From Anthoceros angustus (lineage: Eukaryota; Plantae; Anthocerotophyta): 64,000 nt of DNA. Under the pieces are notes generated by a model that was not told the DNA's origin, made no database searches, and was given only the letters and a program-made list of their open reading frames with translations. The translations under genes were made by a program, and so were the position numbers. The stretch's first letter is position 1. Each line of letters begins with the position of its first letter. The stretch lies in contig MU008157.1 of NCBI GenBank assembly GCA_010909165.1, positions 620,001 through 684,000 on the forward strand. The letters are read 5' to 3'. Shown in pieces: positions 11,420 to 24,809 of this stretch.

Positions 11420-13406
11420 TGTTGCACGTTTTGATATTGGCCATCCCATCGGTGATACCACCGTTCTGCAGGATGTAATGAAATCGCTGTTCGTGATGTG
11501 CTGCAATTCTACTGCGGTTGCGAGCATCGACATTTCAATTGGGCAGCGAACTTTTGAGAAATTGAAGCCGTATTTTGTGAAGAGCCTGCGAGCGGAACTT
11601 GTCCTTGCGGTATCATGTGGAAATGGCCTTTCTCAAGGGCGCTTTCAATGCTATGCGGTTGTCTTTCAAGTGTGCATCCAGGTCAATGTCGCTGTCCATG
11701 TGACATATGTGCTCCCCAAGAAGGTGACGGGCTTGTTCAAGAGTGTAGTCAGCAACACATGTGTTGTATCCGGGATGTTGTCGAAATTGCTTGTGTGCGA
11801 AGGAGGCAAGCTGGATGGCACAACCTCGCATGTTTGCGGGGCACTTGTGGCGGCGTGTGGGGCAAATTGGCCCGCCCAGTCATCGAATGATAAGCTTCCT
11901 CATCCGTCCTCGGTGGCGCCGTTTTCAATACCAAGTCGTTGGTTCGACCAAGATGGGCATGAGAAGAAGCGGATCAAACTTGTTTTCATGGAGACTCATC
12001 CATGATTTTGTCATGTACTTGAAAGAAAAATTGAAAGAGTTCATCCCGCACGATTTTTGTGCGGATGGCAAGGGTTGGAATTTCGCTGCTTGGAGTGGTT
12101 CCGATGATGTTGTCGTCTCTCATGGACTTGATCGAACTATGCGTTTGGTGTTCAAAGCGAAATTCAATCTATGCATTGGCATAATGACCGTTTCGATTTT
12201 GTCTTGGTGTTCTATAGGAGGACGGGTCCAATTGATGCAGGAACCGGCTGCTAACATCGACAAATACTATCACTTCTACATCGGTGATGATATGGTCCAC
12301 GATACCTTTGTTTAGCGCCTCATGTTGCATTGGCGGTGGATGCGTGATTCGGGTTTCCGGTGCCGGGAACATTGGTGTTGGTCCGATGGGGCAGCTAGTC
12401 AATTTAAAGCATGTAGGCCTTCTTACTTTGTTGCGGTACCTAGCTTGACTGGTGGTTGCAAGATGCTATGGTCGTTCTTTGGCGGTGGGGCATGGCAAAG
12501 GCGAACATGACGAGCAGTGCAATCTTGAAAAGGGCATTGCGGGCTGCAGAGTCCTCTCCGAATGCTCCTCGATCGCCTCTGATGTTGTCACCTACTTAAG
12601 AGAGAACATCTCACGGTGCAACAACGTCGTCTGATGGAGAGCATGTCCATAGGAGCTCCGATTGGGAAAACCGAGGTGAGCAGGAGGAACAAGTTTAATT
12701 GTGACCCAATACAGGTCAAAAAATGCATAGCATATATGGTTTCATTCTGGACCCAACTCAATGCGCATGTTGGCATGTACATCTTGTTGTCTTGATCGCA
12801 TTCTCTATGCATCGCCCATGCGAGGATCTGGAGACTCGTATCCATTAGGCCACATGGACAACCCACGGAAGGAGCCGTACTCGGAGAAGAGGCCGGGATC
12901 GAGTCTGGCGGATACCTTCGCTTGCTACTCGGGAGGAACAAGGAGCTTTGGAAAATACCGTTGATGGCCTTGACGATGATGCTGTGGAGGATGTGTCGGA
13001 CATGGCCGACCTCCTAGAAGTTGGTGATACGTTTGTTGTGCACGCTGACATCGAAGACGAGGGGCAATTGTTTTACCTTGTGCGTTGCACACAGTTGAAG
13101 CAAACCCTACTGTGTAACAAGTGGTGCCCTTGGAGCAACTCAACATTCCGAGTGGGAGAAGTGGTTGTCTGTGGCCAGTACTACACACTCCACACGACGG
13201 CGGCGTCTGTGTACACACTGGCTGAAGAGAATGAGGAGTGCACCCTTCATGCCGACTGTGTCCTAAGTTGCAAGATTGAACTGCGGGTGTACACTGATAG
13301 TGAAGGTGTGGAGTGCTATTCTTTAGAGGGGGAAGCTCTCGACAGAGTGACCACCTTGGTAAGAGAAAGCAACTCGAGCCTTGTGCTAGAAAGCACATGT
13401 GCGTAA
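11420..13406 (+). mobile_element. Degenerate DD(D/E) DNA transposase, tentatively Sola-like
   Basis: Frameshifted motifs RTFEKLKPYFV, RYHVEM, FYIGDDMVHDTFV, WCWSDGAASQFK and WSFFG..GHGKGEHD. The SDG-x3-QFK and HGKG-x2-D motifs are typical of animal/plant cut-and-paste transposases. The family assignment is from memory. Confidence 0.65.
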
Positions 13407-13819
13407 TGATTGGTCTCCCTCTATTGTACGAGGCCCACGTTTGGCAAACATAACCACGCGACCACCAAACAGCTGGTCACTAACTATTTGCTCACTAACC
13501 GTTGTCACTAACCGGTGGCGCCAGTGCACCGAAAGTTATTTTGCAAATGGGTCTTGTCCATGTTAACACGTTGATACATGGCTTCTTTAGGGGTCTGAAG
13601 GTCCAAGCGGGATGCACAGATATGCCGATTGCATTCATGCAAAACACTTATTCGTGGAATTTGCTTACAAGGGCATTTGCATTAAAAGTTGAGTTCTGGT
13701 CTCCGGGACACATGATTATCCGCCACACGTTGAAGCCCACTTTTAATTGACCGGCGTGGTGTCCACAGGCCTTGTCCTTGGTGGCACATAGTCTGGCTTT
13801 AAATGGCGTGACCTGGCGG

Positions 13820-16800
13820 GTCAGTCACGCATCTTCATATACAGCTGGGGAATGCAATGGCCGCCATGTGCTCTAACTTGGGTCTTGTGATTTGTCGAAC
13901 CCCCTGCCCCGCAGCTCCTCTGGTTCCGCCCTTGATCTTTGGGAGAAGCCATGGGCAGCCGAGGCAAGGAGCTTGATGGAAGCGAAGGTTTTGGCCGCAA
14001 TGCGCGGTTCCAAGATCGACCGGCGGCGGTGGCGCGGCGGCGGGCTTCGCGAAGGGAGCGTGGATCGCCATATGCCGGAAGACCTCGTCGCTCGGCAATT
14101 GCGGCAGGAAGGGATGTCGGCCGTGTTGTTGAGGATGATTGTGACATGGGCGTGTTATAGACAATGAATCAAGGATGGCGGTGGAAAGTGGCGACTCTTG
14201 ATGGCGGTTTGCCCACCACGCAATGGAAGCATCTTTGTGCTACGGTCTTGTGATTGGGGCCGTCTTCCACATTCTTTTGGATAGCCCGGACATGGCGCGT
14301 GCATGTTGTTGTCGAAGCCCTTTTAGGCGGCGTGCTTGGATGTAGTTGTTACCCAAGCCTCGTAACTTGATCCCTCCCGGTTGAACGAGTTGGAAAGGAT
14401 GTTGTGTGGCATGTGCTAATGCAAGACGGGTTGAAGGCATGTTTCGTTAATGTCAAGTGCGAGGTAAATCTTGTTGCCTCATGTCGGCAAGTTTATCGGT
14501 GACCATTGTATGTGGATCAACCAAAAAGAAAAGCGGGCCTCCTTAACAACCCTACATTTAGGCATGGGTGCCTAGAAACTCAAAACCACGCAGACGATTA
14601 CGACCATACCAAGACAATCACTTGACCGTCAAGTCCCTCCTTGTCATGCTCCCTCTTAGCCACCCTCCGGATATTTGGCGATTGTGGGGCTCGGCCAATA
14701 CACTGGATGTCTTGGGTAGCCGGGATGGCATCATCAAGTTTGTTGCCAAAACCATGTCCTCCTCTATTGCGTGGGGTGACCACGGACACGAGTTAAGGAG
14801 CTGGTACACCCCTCGAATTTGGCTCTGCTCGTAATAATAAGCCATGATCACCCTCGCCAATAGGAAACACCTTGCCGCTTTGCCATGCTTTGTCGAAGCG
14901 GCTTGGCTAGGTGGCGACGGCCGATACATGTAGCACATAGAACTCCACATGCTCTACATTTCCCTTGGGAGCGCACCATAAAGTTACTACACGCGGACCG
15001 TGTCCGCACTGTCATAAGACCTTGAGGCATGGGTGGGGCGGGCACTTCATCCACATTCTCTCTGACCATTGAGCACCCTTGTGCTTCCACGGATGTTTCT
15101 TTTGGGGCTGTTTCCCATTCTTCCTTTTCCTCCGGCTTCCGAACTTGGCGAGGAGGTGGCGTCTCTGGGACTCCATGCATCGCTCTCCTTTCCTTCATTG
15201 GTTTTTTCTGATTCGCCCACAGTGCCTGCGAACTCGTCAACCATTTCAAAAGTCACCATTTCATTCGCAGGCCCACCTTCTTCATTGGGCATGATGGGCC
15301 CACCACCACTTGCAAGAACACCGTCACGTCGACCAAGCGGTGAAGAGCACGGACATTGATTCACAGTTGCAAGTATGTTCCGGATCGGTGCCACCGCCTC
15401 CACATCGCCAGATGCTCCAAAAGTTTTTGATGTTCGCGATTGAGGCGTCATCCGCAACAACCCTATCTCGCTATAACTTGATTGGCACCAATCATCACGG
15501 TATCCACGCCACCCTCATACGGATCTCCACCGCCACCACAGCTGCAAGCGGTGGACATCACCGGTTGTCGTCAATGCCAAATGGACACTTGGTCCAGTCA
15601 CTTGCCACATGATCCAAGATATTGGTCACGGTAGAACACCACGACTCCTCTGCCGATTCGTCACATTTATCAACACATTCAATTGCGGCCACCTCCAAGT
15701 TATCACTTGATTCACAAGACTCGGACACCACAACCATTTCATCACCTACATCCACACCTCCACTCGAATACCGGTGGGAAGGCACCGTTATGCATCATGA
15801 TAAGAGACCGCACAATACACCGTGACCAACGAGAGCGCGCGGCCACCGTTGTAGCTTGTCTTTGTGCTGGTCATCTGCGCGGACAAACATGTACTCAAAG
15901 TGTAGACAAGATCTAGTTTCAACAAAGCAATGCCCTCACAAACCCACACGATGTCCTTCGGAGGAACACGCACACATGCCAACTTGCCGTGCATTCCTCA
16001 CCAACTTCAACCCTGTGGGGACCTTGTGTCTGGCCTTGGTGGAGTAGGAGCTATGTCCGAGGCGGAGCTGCTCGTGTGGGCACTGTGGGGACAACGTCAT
16101 CTTCAATTTGTGAGTCTAGCACCACTGCACGAGTAATCGCTGCCCAAACATGCGCGAACAACACGAGGCTTTTCCCTCCGGGCATTGGGGTGCGAAGGAA
16201 TTCACGTAGGCTTCATGTGCCTCCGGGCCTTGCAAGCAAATTCATCAGCTACAGTGCGAGAAATACGTTGACATCGGTCAGTTGGCATAATTGCACCACT
16301 GGACGAGTTCGAGATCTTGTATGACAAAATTTAGTCGAGCGGACTTCCAACAAATGGACAAGACAACAACACGGAGAACTGTGGAACATACATATTGGAG
16401 ACTCAAGATTTTTTTGCTGGTGTGGCCAACCAATTCTTCGGTGATTGTGACTCAATGTCTTTCCATCATTTTGTCATGGTCGCCGGTCTCCAATGCACTC
16501 GAGGAACTCTTTCTCCCAAGTGTCTCGTGGTCCTTCCCATGGAAGGAGCTTCTCCTCGGTGCTTTGATCACCAACCCTTCGCTCTCAACCATGATGGGCA
16601 CATCGATTGCACCGGACGTGGGCAGCAACAATGTTTGTCAAGTGCACGTCTGACAGATATCGTGGAAGCAATGGCCACATGGAGTGAACACCATCTCGTT
16701 ACAGGCGTACCCGCCATGACACACATTACACTTTAGGACACACGAGCTTGCGCTTTGAAGGAAAACCAGGTTGCGTGAGAAAGGATCACCTTGGCCTTGG

Positions 16801-18500
16801 CACCACATGACTAGGTGGTGCCAAGGCCACCTCGTCCGCCACCCCACCACTACATCACCAAGTCCAGAACCCATCCACCAGAAACCATGACATCACCGGC
16901 CACCACCGCCCACCAACCTACCACTACATCACGAATGCCACCACCGCCCACCGACCTACCCCTACGGTCACGAGGCCATAACTGCACACAAGCCATGCAC
17001 TACATCACCAAGGCCACCAAAAGCTCACGGACACCCAGATGAACACCGAACCAATTCCTCACCATCCGTCAAGTGATCACCCACCCTTCCACCGGAGAAC
17101 ACATGAGTCACCACCCCTTGAGCACCCCTACCACCACCTCACCATCCCGTGAACGTCACCAGAGCACCCAACTGCTGACATCACCATAAGGAAAACATCG
17201 GTCACGGACACCTCGTCCGTGTGCAAGAAGAATCCACACTTACCGCGTACAAACACTACACGCCGTTACAGACCGGGGCATGACTTGGCGGGAGAGGCAG
17301 GGAGCCGACACCCACGCAGTGATGTTACATGCCCTGTTGAACGCTGGAGAACATCCTCATGTTTTCAAGAGAAGCCAGGGTGTCACGGAGCTTGTTCCTC
17401 ACAGTTTTTTTCTCCTTCAACTGGTCAGAAACACCCTCGGAATACTTAGTTTTGTCAAGCACGAATTTGAATCTCAGTCTCGAATACTCTCGTCGTCAAG
17501 CCCTCCACTATTCATGACCATGTCGGCAAGCTGGACCTTGGTGTTGCCCAAATCCAAGAGTGCCTCCTCCCCATCTTTTGACAAAACAGCCTCCTCCGCA
17601 GCACAAGCTTCCAACTCTGTACGAATTTTTCCACAGACCTCATCCATGATAACCTTTGGTGCCCATGGCTCAAGACACGTAGCCTGGCCAGGTGTCACTT
17701 TTCTCGCCGCCACTGCAGCAATCTGAATTAGAGACTCCTCGTCTCCCTTCTTGCCAGTCTCCTCTTCTACATTCTTTGCAGCCGGAGGTCCGTCCTTCTT
17801 CATGGCCTTGTGCTTCCTCTTCCAACTCGGAGAGCTCCAGATTCTTTGGGAGGATCGCCTCGTGGCTGTTCTCGCTCACGGCAGAGTGGAACACTCTTCC
17901 ACATCAACCTCCGCCTCCTGCATCATCACCGCCACCACAACAGTTGTGAAGAATCGTTGTATTCTCTGCAGATGGGACTTCCACTGTGATTTCTTCTCCA
18001 TCGATCCGCCTTATCCTGCTTCCTCTTCTCAACTAAATAGTACTCAAACCAATTCACACGCTTGCCAAGCTTCTTCTCGATTAGGAACCCAAGTGCCACA
18101 AACCGTGGCACCCTTTGCGATGCAACAGCCGTGGAGCCCGCCCATCTGACTTCTCAACAAGACTATCAACATGCGTCCACTCTATGAGGTGGGTCAGATC
18201 CCCAAGAGGTATCCATCGTTCCCATTAGTGACATCCCCAAAATGCCTCTTGATCTCATCTTCACCTCCAATAGCCTCCTTTAGTCCAACTGTAGTTCAAA
18301 GACATCTCACATTCACACCGTAGTTGACAATTCCATATCACCGTAGTGCCAACACCAATGCTCCCCCACAATTTTTCAGAATGTCGTGTCCTTGCGAGCC
18401 GAGACACCTTTGCGCTCTATCCAACCTAGCCTTCAGTGGCGCCTAGCGTTCTGTCCATCTTGCTTGCACAGAGGCGCTTGACACACCACCGGTATCGCCA
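13820..18500 (-). pseudogene. Fragmented accessory coding region in the 10-kb insertion, with charged/helical, RING-like and Cys-rich segments
   Basis: KCNVCHGGYACNEMVFTPCGHCFHDIC (16638-16874) resembles a RING finger. CSNF..KCRACGVLCATC lies at ~14900-15000. A charged helical ORF lies at 17474-17803. Many stops and frameshifts. Confidence 0.45.
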
Positions 18501-18574
18501 GCCCGCCTCGCCACACGCCGAGCCTTCACCCTACTGTTGCTAGTGACATGGTGTCCTTCACCTCAGCTGCGCCT

Positions 18575-19052
18575 TGTCATGTCCACTCCCGTTTGGCGCA
18601 CCACGCTCCTCGTTCGAAGGCGGATCGCCGCACGGTGGCGAACCCAAACGCCTTCCGCACAAACCCACCGCCTATTGCCCGCACCACCGAGCTCCCAAAT
18701 CCGGCCGTGAAAGCATTCGACTCCAAGCGGGTTCTCGATCACCGCCGTCACACCTACTATTCGCGCGAAAGCTCTAGCGAAGACATATAGGGACTCACCG
18801 GAAAACCTCGGTGGTGGCTGCCTCTGAGTTCGCCGCACCACCGCCTTCGCCGCACCACAACGCTCCACGTTCCACGAAAAGTGCCGCGCGACGGCGGACC
18901 CAAACGCCCTCGCAGCCACCGCCCACCGCCTGCACCACCGAGCTACCAAATCCGGCCGTAAGCGGTTCCGACCCCAAGCACAAGACAATCACCCGTCACA
19001 CCACCTATTGCCCGCACGACATAGCTCTAGCAAAACCCATGTAGGGACTCCA
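18575..19052. repeat. Diverged ~250-bp direct repeat pair
   Basis: The shared cores gcaccaccgagct.ccaaatccggccgt, cgtcacacc, agctctagc and tagggactc recur at an offset of ~250 bp. Confidence 0.7.
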
Positions 19053-19480
19053 CATGGCTGACAACCGTCCTCACACTGCCGTCCAAGGTTGAGCTCAGCG
19101 TGATGCATGCACAAATCCAATGCTTGTGAGTCTCAACATTAGGAGCACGGCTGATGGAAGTGGATAACCTCATTATCACCCTTAAAAAGTCAACGAGCAT
19201 CCCGCTCGTTTCCGCCTCCCCTTCCCGGTCACTTACGAGTTTGTATAATAAATTGTCCCTAGCATATATAGCAAGACTTAAACCAATAATATATCAAATA
19301 AATCAATTTTCCAAATAAAAAATTAAATATATCTATGAAGTTAAAAGCGAATAGCCCTAAAAATATCGGTCAAAATGGGCATAATTTCAATTGTTAAAAA
19401 ATCTGAACGTAATGCAAAACACCACTTAGAGACGGTTTCGCCCGTTTCCGAAATTAGTGGTCACCTAACCATGCTCACAC

Positions 19481-20950
19481 CCACATTCACTAATTGGTGT
19501 GGTAAGCAGTCTAGTCTACGGCCAGGCAAACTTGACTTGCTAAATGGTGCACGTTCTTTTATAAATCTATGGAATCCTTCCACAGCTGAAGTTGTATGTT
19601 GCCCTGCATGAGGAAACATTCTAGCATTACACAACCACATATCTATAGTCTCTCCTCATTGGACCTTCATATATCTCACAAAGTCTCCTTCACTTGTTCC
19701 CCATTTGTCATAAAAATTGTGTAGCATACTTCTTCATATGGAAACACACTGTGAAGATGTGCTTGCTCCTGTGACATACATAATATCCCCTAGCTCTGCC
19801 CATATTGAAATTCGATTACTTTGTGAGTGCACTTTCTTCAATAAAGTTCGTCTCCACGTTTTCCGCACATGCCACAAGCATAATAATATAGGTATGTTAT
19901 GTTTCCACACCGAGTGAAAAGCAAAAATATCTGCCTGACAATCATCAACAAGGAATGAACTCGGTGTCAAATCCTTATTGATCTTTTCAACCTTCTTCCG
20001 TAAAGCTGAAAGCCACCTGACAAGTGACTCAGTAGTAGCATCTTTTGTAATAGCCCATGCCATCGAACACCGCTCAAGTAATGGTCAAAACCCATCATGT
20101 GAATAAGTGGTAGCGATACTGCTCAACCCAAAAGTTGCATCCATAGCTAGCACATTACCATTCCCATAAAGCAACATGCAATTTAACATAAAAGGAGTTT
20201 GAATACCCAAAGCGAAAGGTTGATTCTCGCTTGATTGGTGGAAGACTATAGACGATTTTGCTCCAACCACGGACACCGATGTGGCATCATCCGGCTAGCT
20301 TCCATTCACCAACTTCAACTTGTGTAAGTATATTGAGAACATCATATCTTTGCATATAATCATCTCTTACTAGTTTATATACCTCTCGATTGTTGATTCG
20401 AGCATACAATGCATCGATGATGCCGACGCATTATTTCATCAACAGAACTTTGCAATATAGGCAATGCCCGATCCAATCCTTCTTTTCTTGAAAGCCATGC
20501 GCTCGACATCACGGGTAAGCCTTCGACCAGCCCATGACATATAGCATTTGAAAGGTCAAGATGCCTATGTTCAAAAGACCAATCTCAAAGAACCTTAGGC
20601 CCAGAAGTTTCTTCACCCTAAAATTTGCTTGGCAACCATGCTTGACACTCTCCACGGAGGACCTTACATTTAGCTATATTAGCACCACGTGACACTCCCA
20701 CCTCCTTTTGGCGAAAGTCTTCCGGGCCAGAACACCAATACCGCAAGCCACCTCACAATGTTAATGCCTCCTAAGTAATAAAACAATTTACATACTTCAA
20801 ACCTTCTTACCTAACATATGATGCATTTGTATGCAGCATCGATGCAGGCGAGGTAAACTCCCCCTTAGAATCCTTCTTGTAGAAGTTCGTAGGATGGGAA
20901 CTTATAGCACTCATTCCCCAATAAAGTCTCCCACTCTAGAAAAGAGTATG
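19481..20950 (-). mobile_element. 5' part of a degenerate MULE-type transposase
   Basis: Motifs SVKHGCQANFRVKKL, FALGIQTPFML..LAMDATFG, FLVDDCQAD..ILLCLWHVRKTW and HAGQHTTSAVEGFH..GRRLD. Confidence 0.8.
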
Positions 20951-21312
20951 TGAGCCACCTTCACATGTTTTTGTTGCCCTGGTGCCCTAGAATGGTCATA
21001 TTGAGAAGAAACCCAGTTTAGGTCAATATGGTTAAATAACCCTAATTTAGGAAGCTGCACCACAAAAGGTGTGTTAGTTGGTAACTCTTCTAAGTTAATA
21101 CAAGAACTCAAATCCATATTATTCTCCATAATCACATTCCCCTATCCCAAAGAGAAAAAACCATAACCCTAACCCTAATCTCAACCTTTAACCAAAATCC
21201 CTATCCCTGATCACAAGAGCGCTTCAAATCAAAGAACATGCCGCTCTAATATTATTAGTGGCGTGTAAGCGGGTAGGGACGAGCGGCTTTCTCATGTCCC
21301 GTGTTGGTGGTA

Positions 21313-22033
21313 CAGTCAAACCCCTCTAATTGGGACCCCTATAAATGGGAACCCCCTTTAAATGGGACGCCCGGGCTTACTCCCTTGAATGTGCTACATG
21401 CTAAATGGGAAACCCCTCTAATTTGTAAATGGGAACATGTCTCCCAAACATTCAATGCAAGTACACCTCTGTAAAAGGGAAAATACATATATTTTTAAAA
21501 AAAATAAAAATTGAGGAAATCGTCTTATCGAGATTACATATATTCCTATAGAAGACGAAATATGGCAAGCATGAATCCCTCCGCCTGTCAATGAGGAGGG
21601 TGAGGAGAATAATACACCGTCAATGGAGACCATAGCTCCAAGACTGCGTACGACAAAGGATGCTATAGATAATGCTATGAGGATAGCGAAGATGTTTTTG
21701 GAAGAGATGCCACATAACACTCTTGATGCTTTGAAGTTGCATTCTCAGTTGGAAAAACATATTGCTAGTCATTGGATGAAAGAACTCGGCATCAATCAAG
21801 GATTGATGATTATTTTAACCCGCAAACTAGAATTAGGTTGGCAGCTATGTAGTATGAGGGAGCATTTTGGATTTTTTGGAAGCTTTTAAGCTCTTTCGAA
21901 TTTTTGATTTAAAGATTTTTTGTTTTTTTAATATTTTTATTTTTAAAATAGATGAAAATGCCTAAACGGGAACCCCTCTAAATGGGACGATTTTTGCTAC
22001 TCCCAATTGTTCCCAATTAGAGGGGTCTGACTG
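21313..22033 (+). mobile_element. Non-autonomous pogo/Tc1-mariner-like element (MITE-sized, 721 bp)
   Basis: 23-bp TIRs cagtcaaacccctctaattggga / tcccaattagaggggtctgactg (1 mismatch), with TA on both sides. Subterminal aaatggga repeats. Residual ORF 21623..21889 resembles a transposase C-terminus. Confidence 0.85.
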
Positions 22034-22358
22034 TACTTAGCGCACGGGCGTCAAAACTTCTGGCCACTGGTTCGGATTATGCATGACTCACCATAGCATG
22101 GTGATGAGCAAGGACATACAGAGGTACATATCGTGGCCATGGAAGGCCGTGTGGACACACGTGCCGGCCTTAATGGCCATCGGGTATGCATTTGCAAGCA
22201 TATACATATGTAAGTATATGTGACAAACATATTTGTGTTTCGGATACCTAGACTGAACTATACTGAAGCTTGCACTACCTATATATGCCGGCGCTGCGAC
22301 CTACTTAGGTCCTTTTCGTAAAGAGCAGTGCCCGCTTCCTTTCCTGAGCTCGGCAGCC

Positions 22359-23697
22359 ATGGCGGTCGGGAAGAACAAGCGCATCTCCAAGGGCAAGAAG
22401 GGAGGCAAGAAAAAAATGTGAGTCATTCTGTCTGGGCTGTGCTTCGGCGGTGCAGGATTAGGTCGCGATGGAATCTTCATGCCCTAGCGCTGCTAGCTTG
22501 GTGCCCTAGCGTGAGGTTTGCGGTGTTTGGTGCGGTAAGATGTCAGAGGCAGGAGCTGACGGGTTTTGTTGGCAGTGTTGATCCCTTCTCGAAGAAGGAC
22601 TGGTATGATATCAAGGCGCCGTCTACCTTCACGCAGAGGGCGGTCGGGAAGACGCTCGTGACTCGGACGCAGGGAACTAAGGTCAGTGGGGCAAGCCTTG
22701 GTTTGTGTGGTGGATTGGAGGGAAGGTTTGGGAGCGGGGTCTCACGGGAGAGGCGCTGGGGCCTATGCAGATTGCTTCCGATGGGTTGAAGGGGAGGGTT
22801 TTCGAGGTGTCGCTCGCCGACCTCCAGAACGATGAGGATCAGGCGTTCAGGAAGATTAAGCTCCGTGCTGAGGACGTGCAGGGGAAGAACGTGCTGACCA
22901 ACTTCTGGGTGAGGAAATTGGATTTTGTGGCTTGCGGAGTGGTGTAGGTTAGGTTGGTGGATTTCCAGATAAGGCAGGGGGTGATGCTGTGAGTGCTGTG
23001 CAGGGGATGGACTTCACCACGGATAAGTTGAGGTCCCTTGTTCGGAAGTGGCAAAGTTTGATCGAGGCTCATGTTGATGTGAAGACCACGGACAACTACA
23101 CCTTGAGAATATTCTGCATTGGTTTCACGAAGAAGAGGCCCAATCAGATCAAGAGGACTTGTTATGCCCAGACTGGTCAGATTCGGCAGGTAGGCTTTCA
23201 CATGCCAGAGATGTATGCTCGCCGCACGCTGTCATTCGACCATTTCTGTACTACTCAACAACAAGTGGGTGACGTTTTGAACGGTGACATGCAATGATAT
23301 GCAGATTCGCAAGAAGATGCGGGAGATTATGGTGCGGGAAGCTCAGTCTTGCGATCTGAAGGATCTCGTGGCGAAGTTCATCCCCGAAGTGATCGGGAAG
23401 GAGATCGAGAAGGTGACTGCAGGCATCTATCCGCTGCAGAACACCTTCGTCCGCAAAGTGAAGATCCTGAAGGCTCCCAAGTTTGACCTTGGCAAGCTGA
23501 TGGAGGTACGGCTGCTTCCAACTCAATAGTGACTTTTCACATAACGGGCTTTCTGGGGTTTTCGTGATCCTCACCTTTCTCTCCTTCCTCAGGTACATGG
23601 TGACTACAGCGAGGAAGTGGGCACCAAGATTGAAAGGCCTGTCGGAGACGAGGCTGAGACAGAGGCAGAGCCTGCGGCGGAAGTAGTGGGTGCTTAA
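22359..23697 (+). CDS. RPS3A: 40S ribosomal protein S3a (eS1), 6 exons
   Basis: [35 protein letters not shown]...[13 protein letters not shown]. Exons 22359-22417, 22576-22681, 22771-22908, 23004-23189, 23305-23505 and 23593-23697, all GT-AG. Confidence 0.98.
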
Positions 23698-24809
23698 GTT
23701 TGTATGGTTTAGAATGGTAAACGTTTAGCATCAAATTTTGTGGAACCTGGAGGTCTCCAGGATAGGGCTCCCTTGTTTGCAAGGACTCTTTGGGGTTTCC
23801 TTGCGTGTGGGCTTATTTAGCCCTTGTTATTCATTGGTTATGTTGCATGTTGCGTCCTCGCGAGAGGCTTCGAGCCCTAAAAGTCAATGCAATGGAATTA
23901 AGGAGCTGGTTTCCCGCCAAGCCACGTCAGATGCCGAAAGCTTAATCTGCTCAAAAACTATGTCTGTCGCTTTTGGCCGGGATGTGCACCTGAAATGACC
24001 GAATTGGTTTTGTGTTGGCTGAATCTTGCTTTCAAGCTAGACAAGGGGTTGCAGTGGTCCACACTCGTTTCTAGGGTCCTTTCATTTCCAGCGGCTGGCT
24101 GCATAAAGTTCACAATTCTCACGCTTTTATTCAACTGATCTCGTTGTGGTATGAGGAAGAGCTTTTCCTCAATACATAACAAACTGCCAAGATTTTAAAA
24201 ACAGCATCCAGGAGGAAGAAACTAGTTGTTGTTCATATATGTAAGTGCATTGTTTCAATTCTCCCTATGTAGGCTCTACCAATTTAAAAGGTGGAGTAGG
24301 TATTGATAATTAACTAACATGGGCTTAACATTAACAAATGAGAGGGTAATAATTCAGAGAGAAAGGAAAATTTTGGCAATAATTTTAAATATGCTATTCA
24401 TTTTTTCTGATTTGATATGTATGCCCATGAAAAATAAGTATGTTGTTGATTTTCCCACCGTTTTTATAGGTATCTCACTCAAATTGTACACATTGCACAT
24501 AAAGAGAATAGACACCATACAATTAATGGATGACACTCCACGCCAATTACAAGGCACTGGCACTTTGAGATATGCATTTGACTTTGTAGGAATCAGACAT
24601 CAATGGCGCATAATTGCACTTTTGTATTTAGTAACATTGAAGTCTTACTCTTGAGAGCACAACACAGAGATTTATATTATGGGAAAAAGTGTTTCGTGCA
24701 TATTTGGTGGTCTTTATGCACAAAAAACCGTAATTTCTGGGTAGATTTTAGAACAAGTGGATTAACATGAGAAATATACCTTGGTAAGCACTATCATGAG
24801 ATAAACAAG

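Larger units (their letters stand above)
9484..19480. mobile_element. ~10-kb insertion flanked by a 6-bp direct repeat (CCACAT), splitting the MULE transposase
   Basis: CCACAT at 9478-9483 and 19481-19486. Removing the insert and one copy restores the frame HQLVNVVARHYWYQ on the minus strand. Confidence 0.75.

Noticed and set aside
14240-14440. JmjC/TET-like dioxygenase suggested by HPFQLVQPGG
   Set aside because: No HxD...H metal-binding triad could be placed, so the resemblance is too weak.
9484-19480. Helitron or LTR element as the identity of the 10-kb insert
   Set aside because: It has a TSD, lacks TC...CTRR ends, and shows no LTR pair, PBS or RT.
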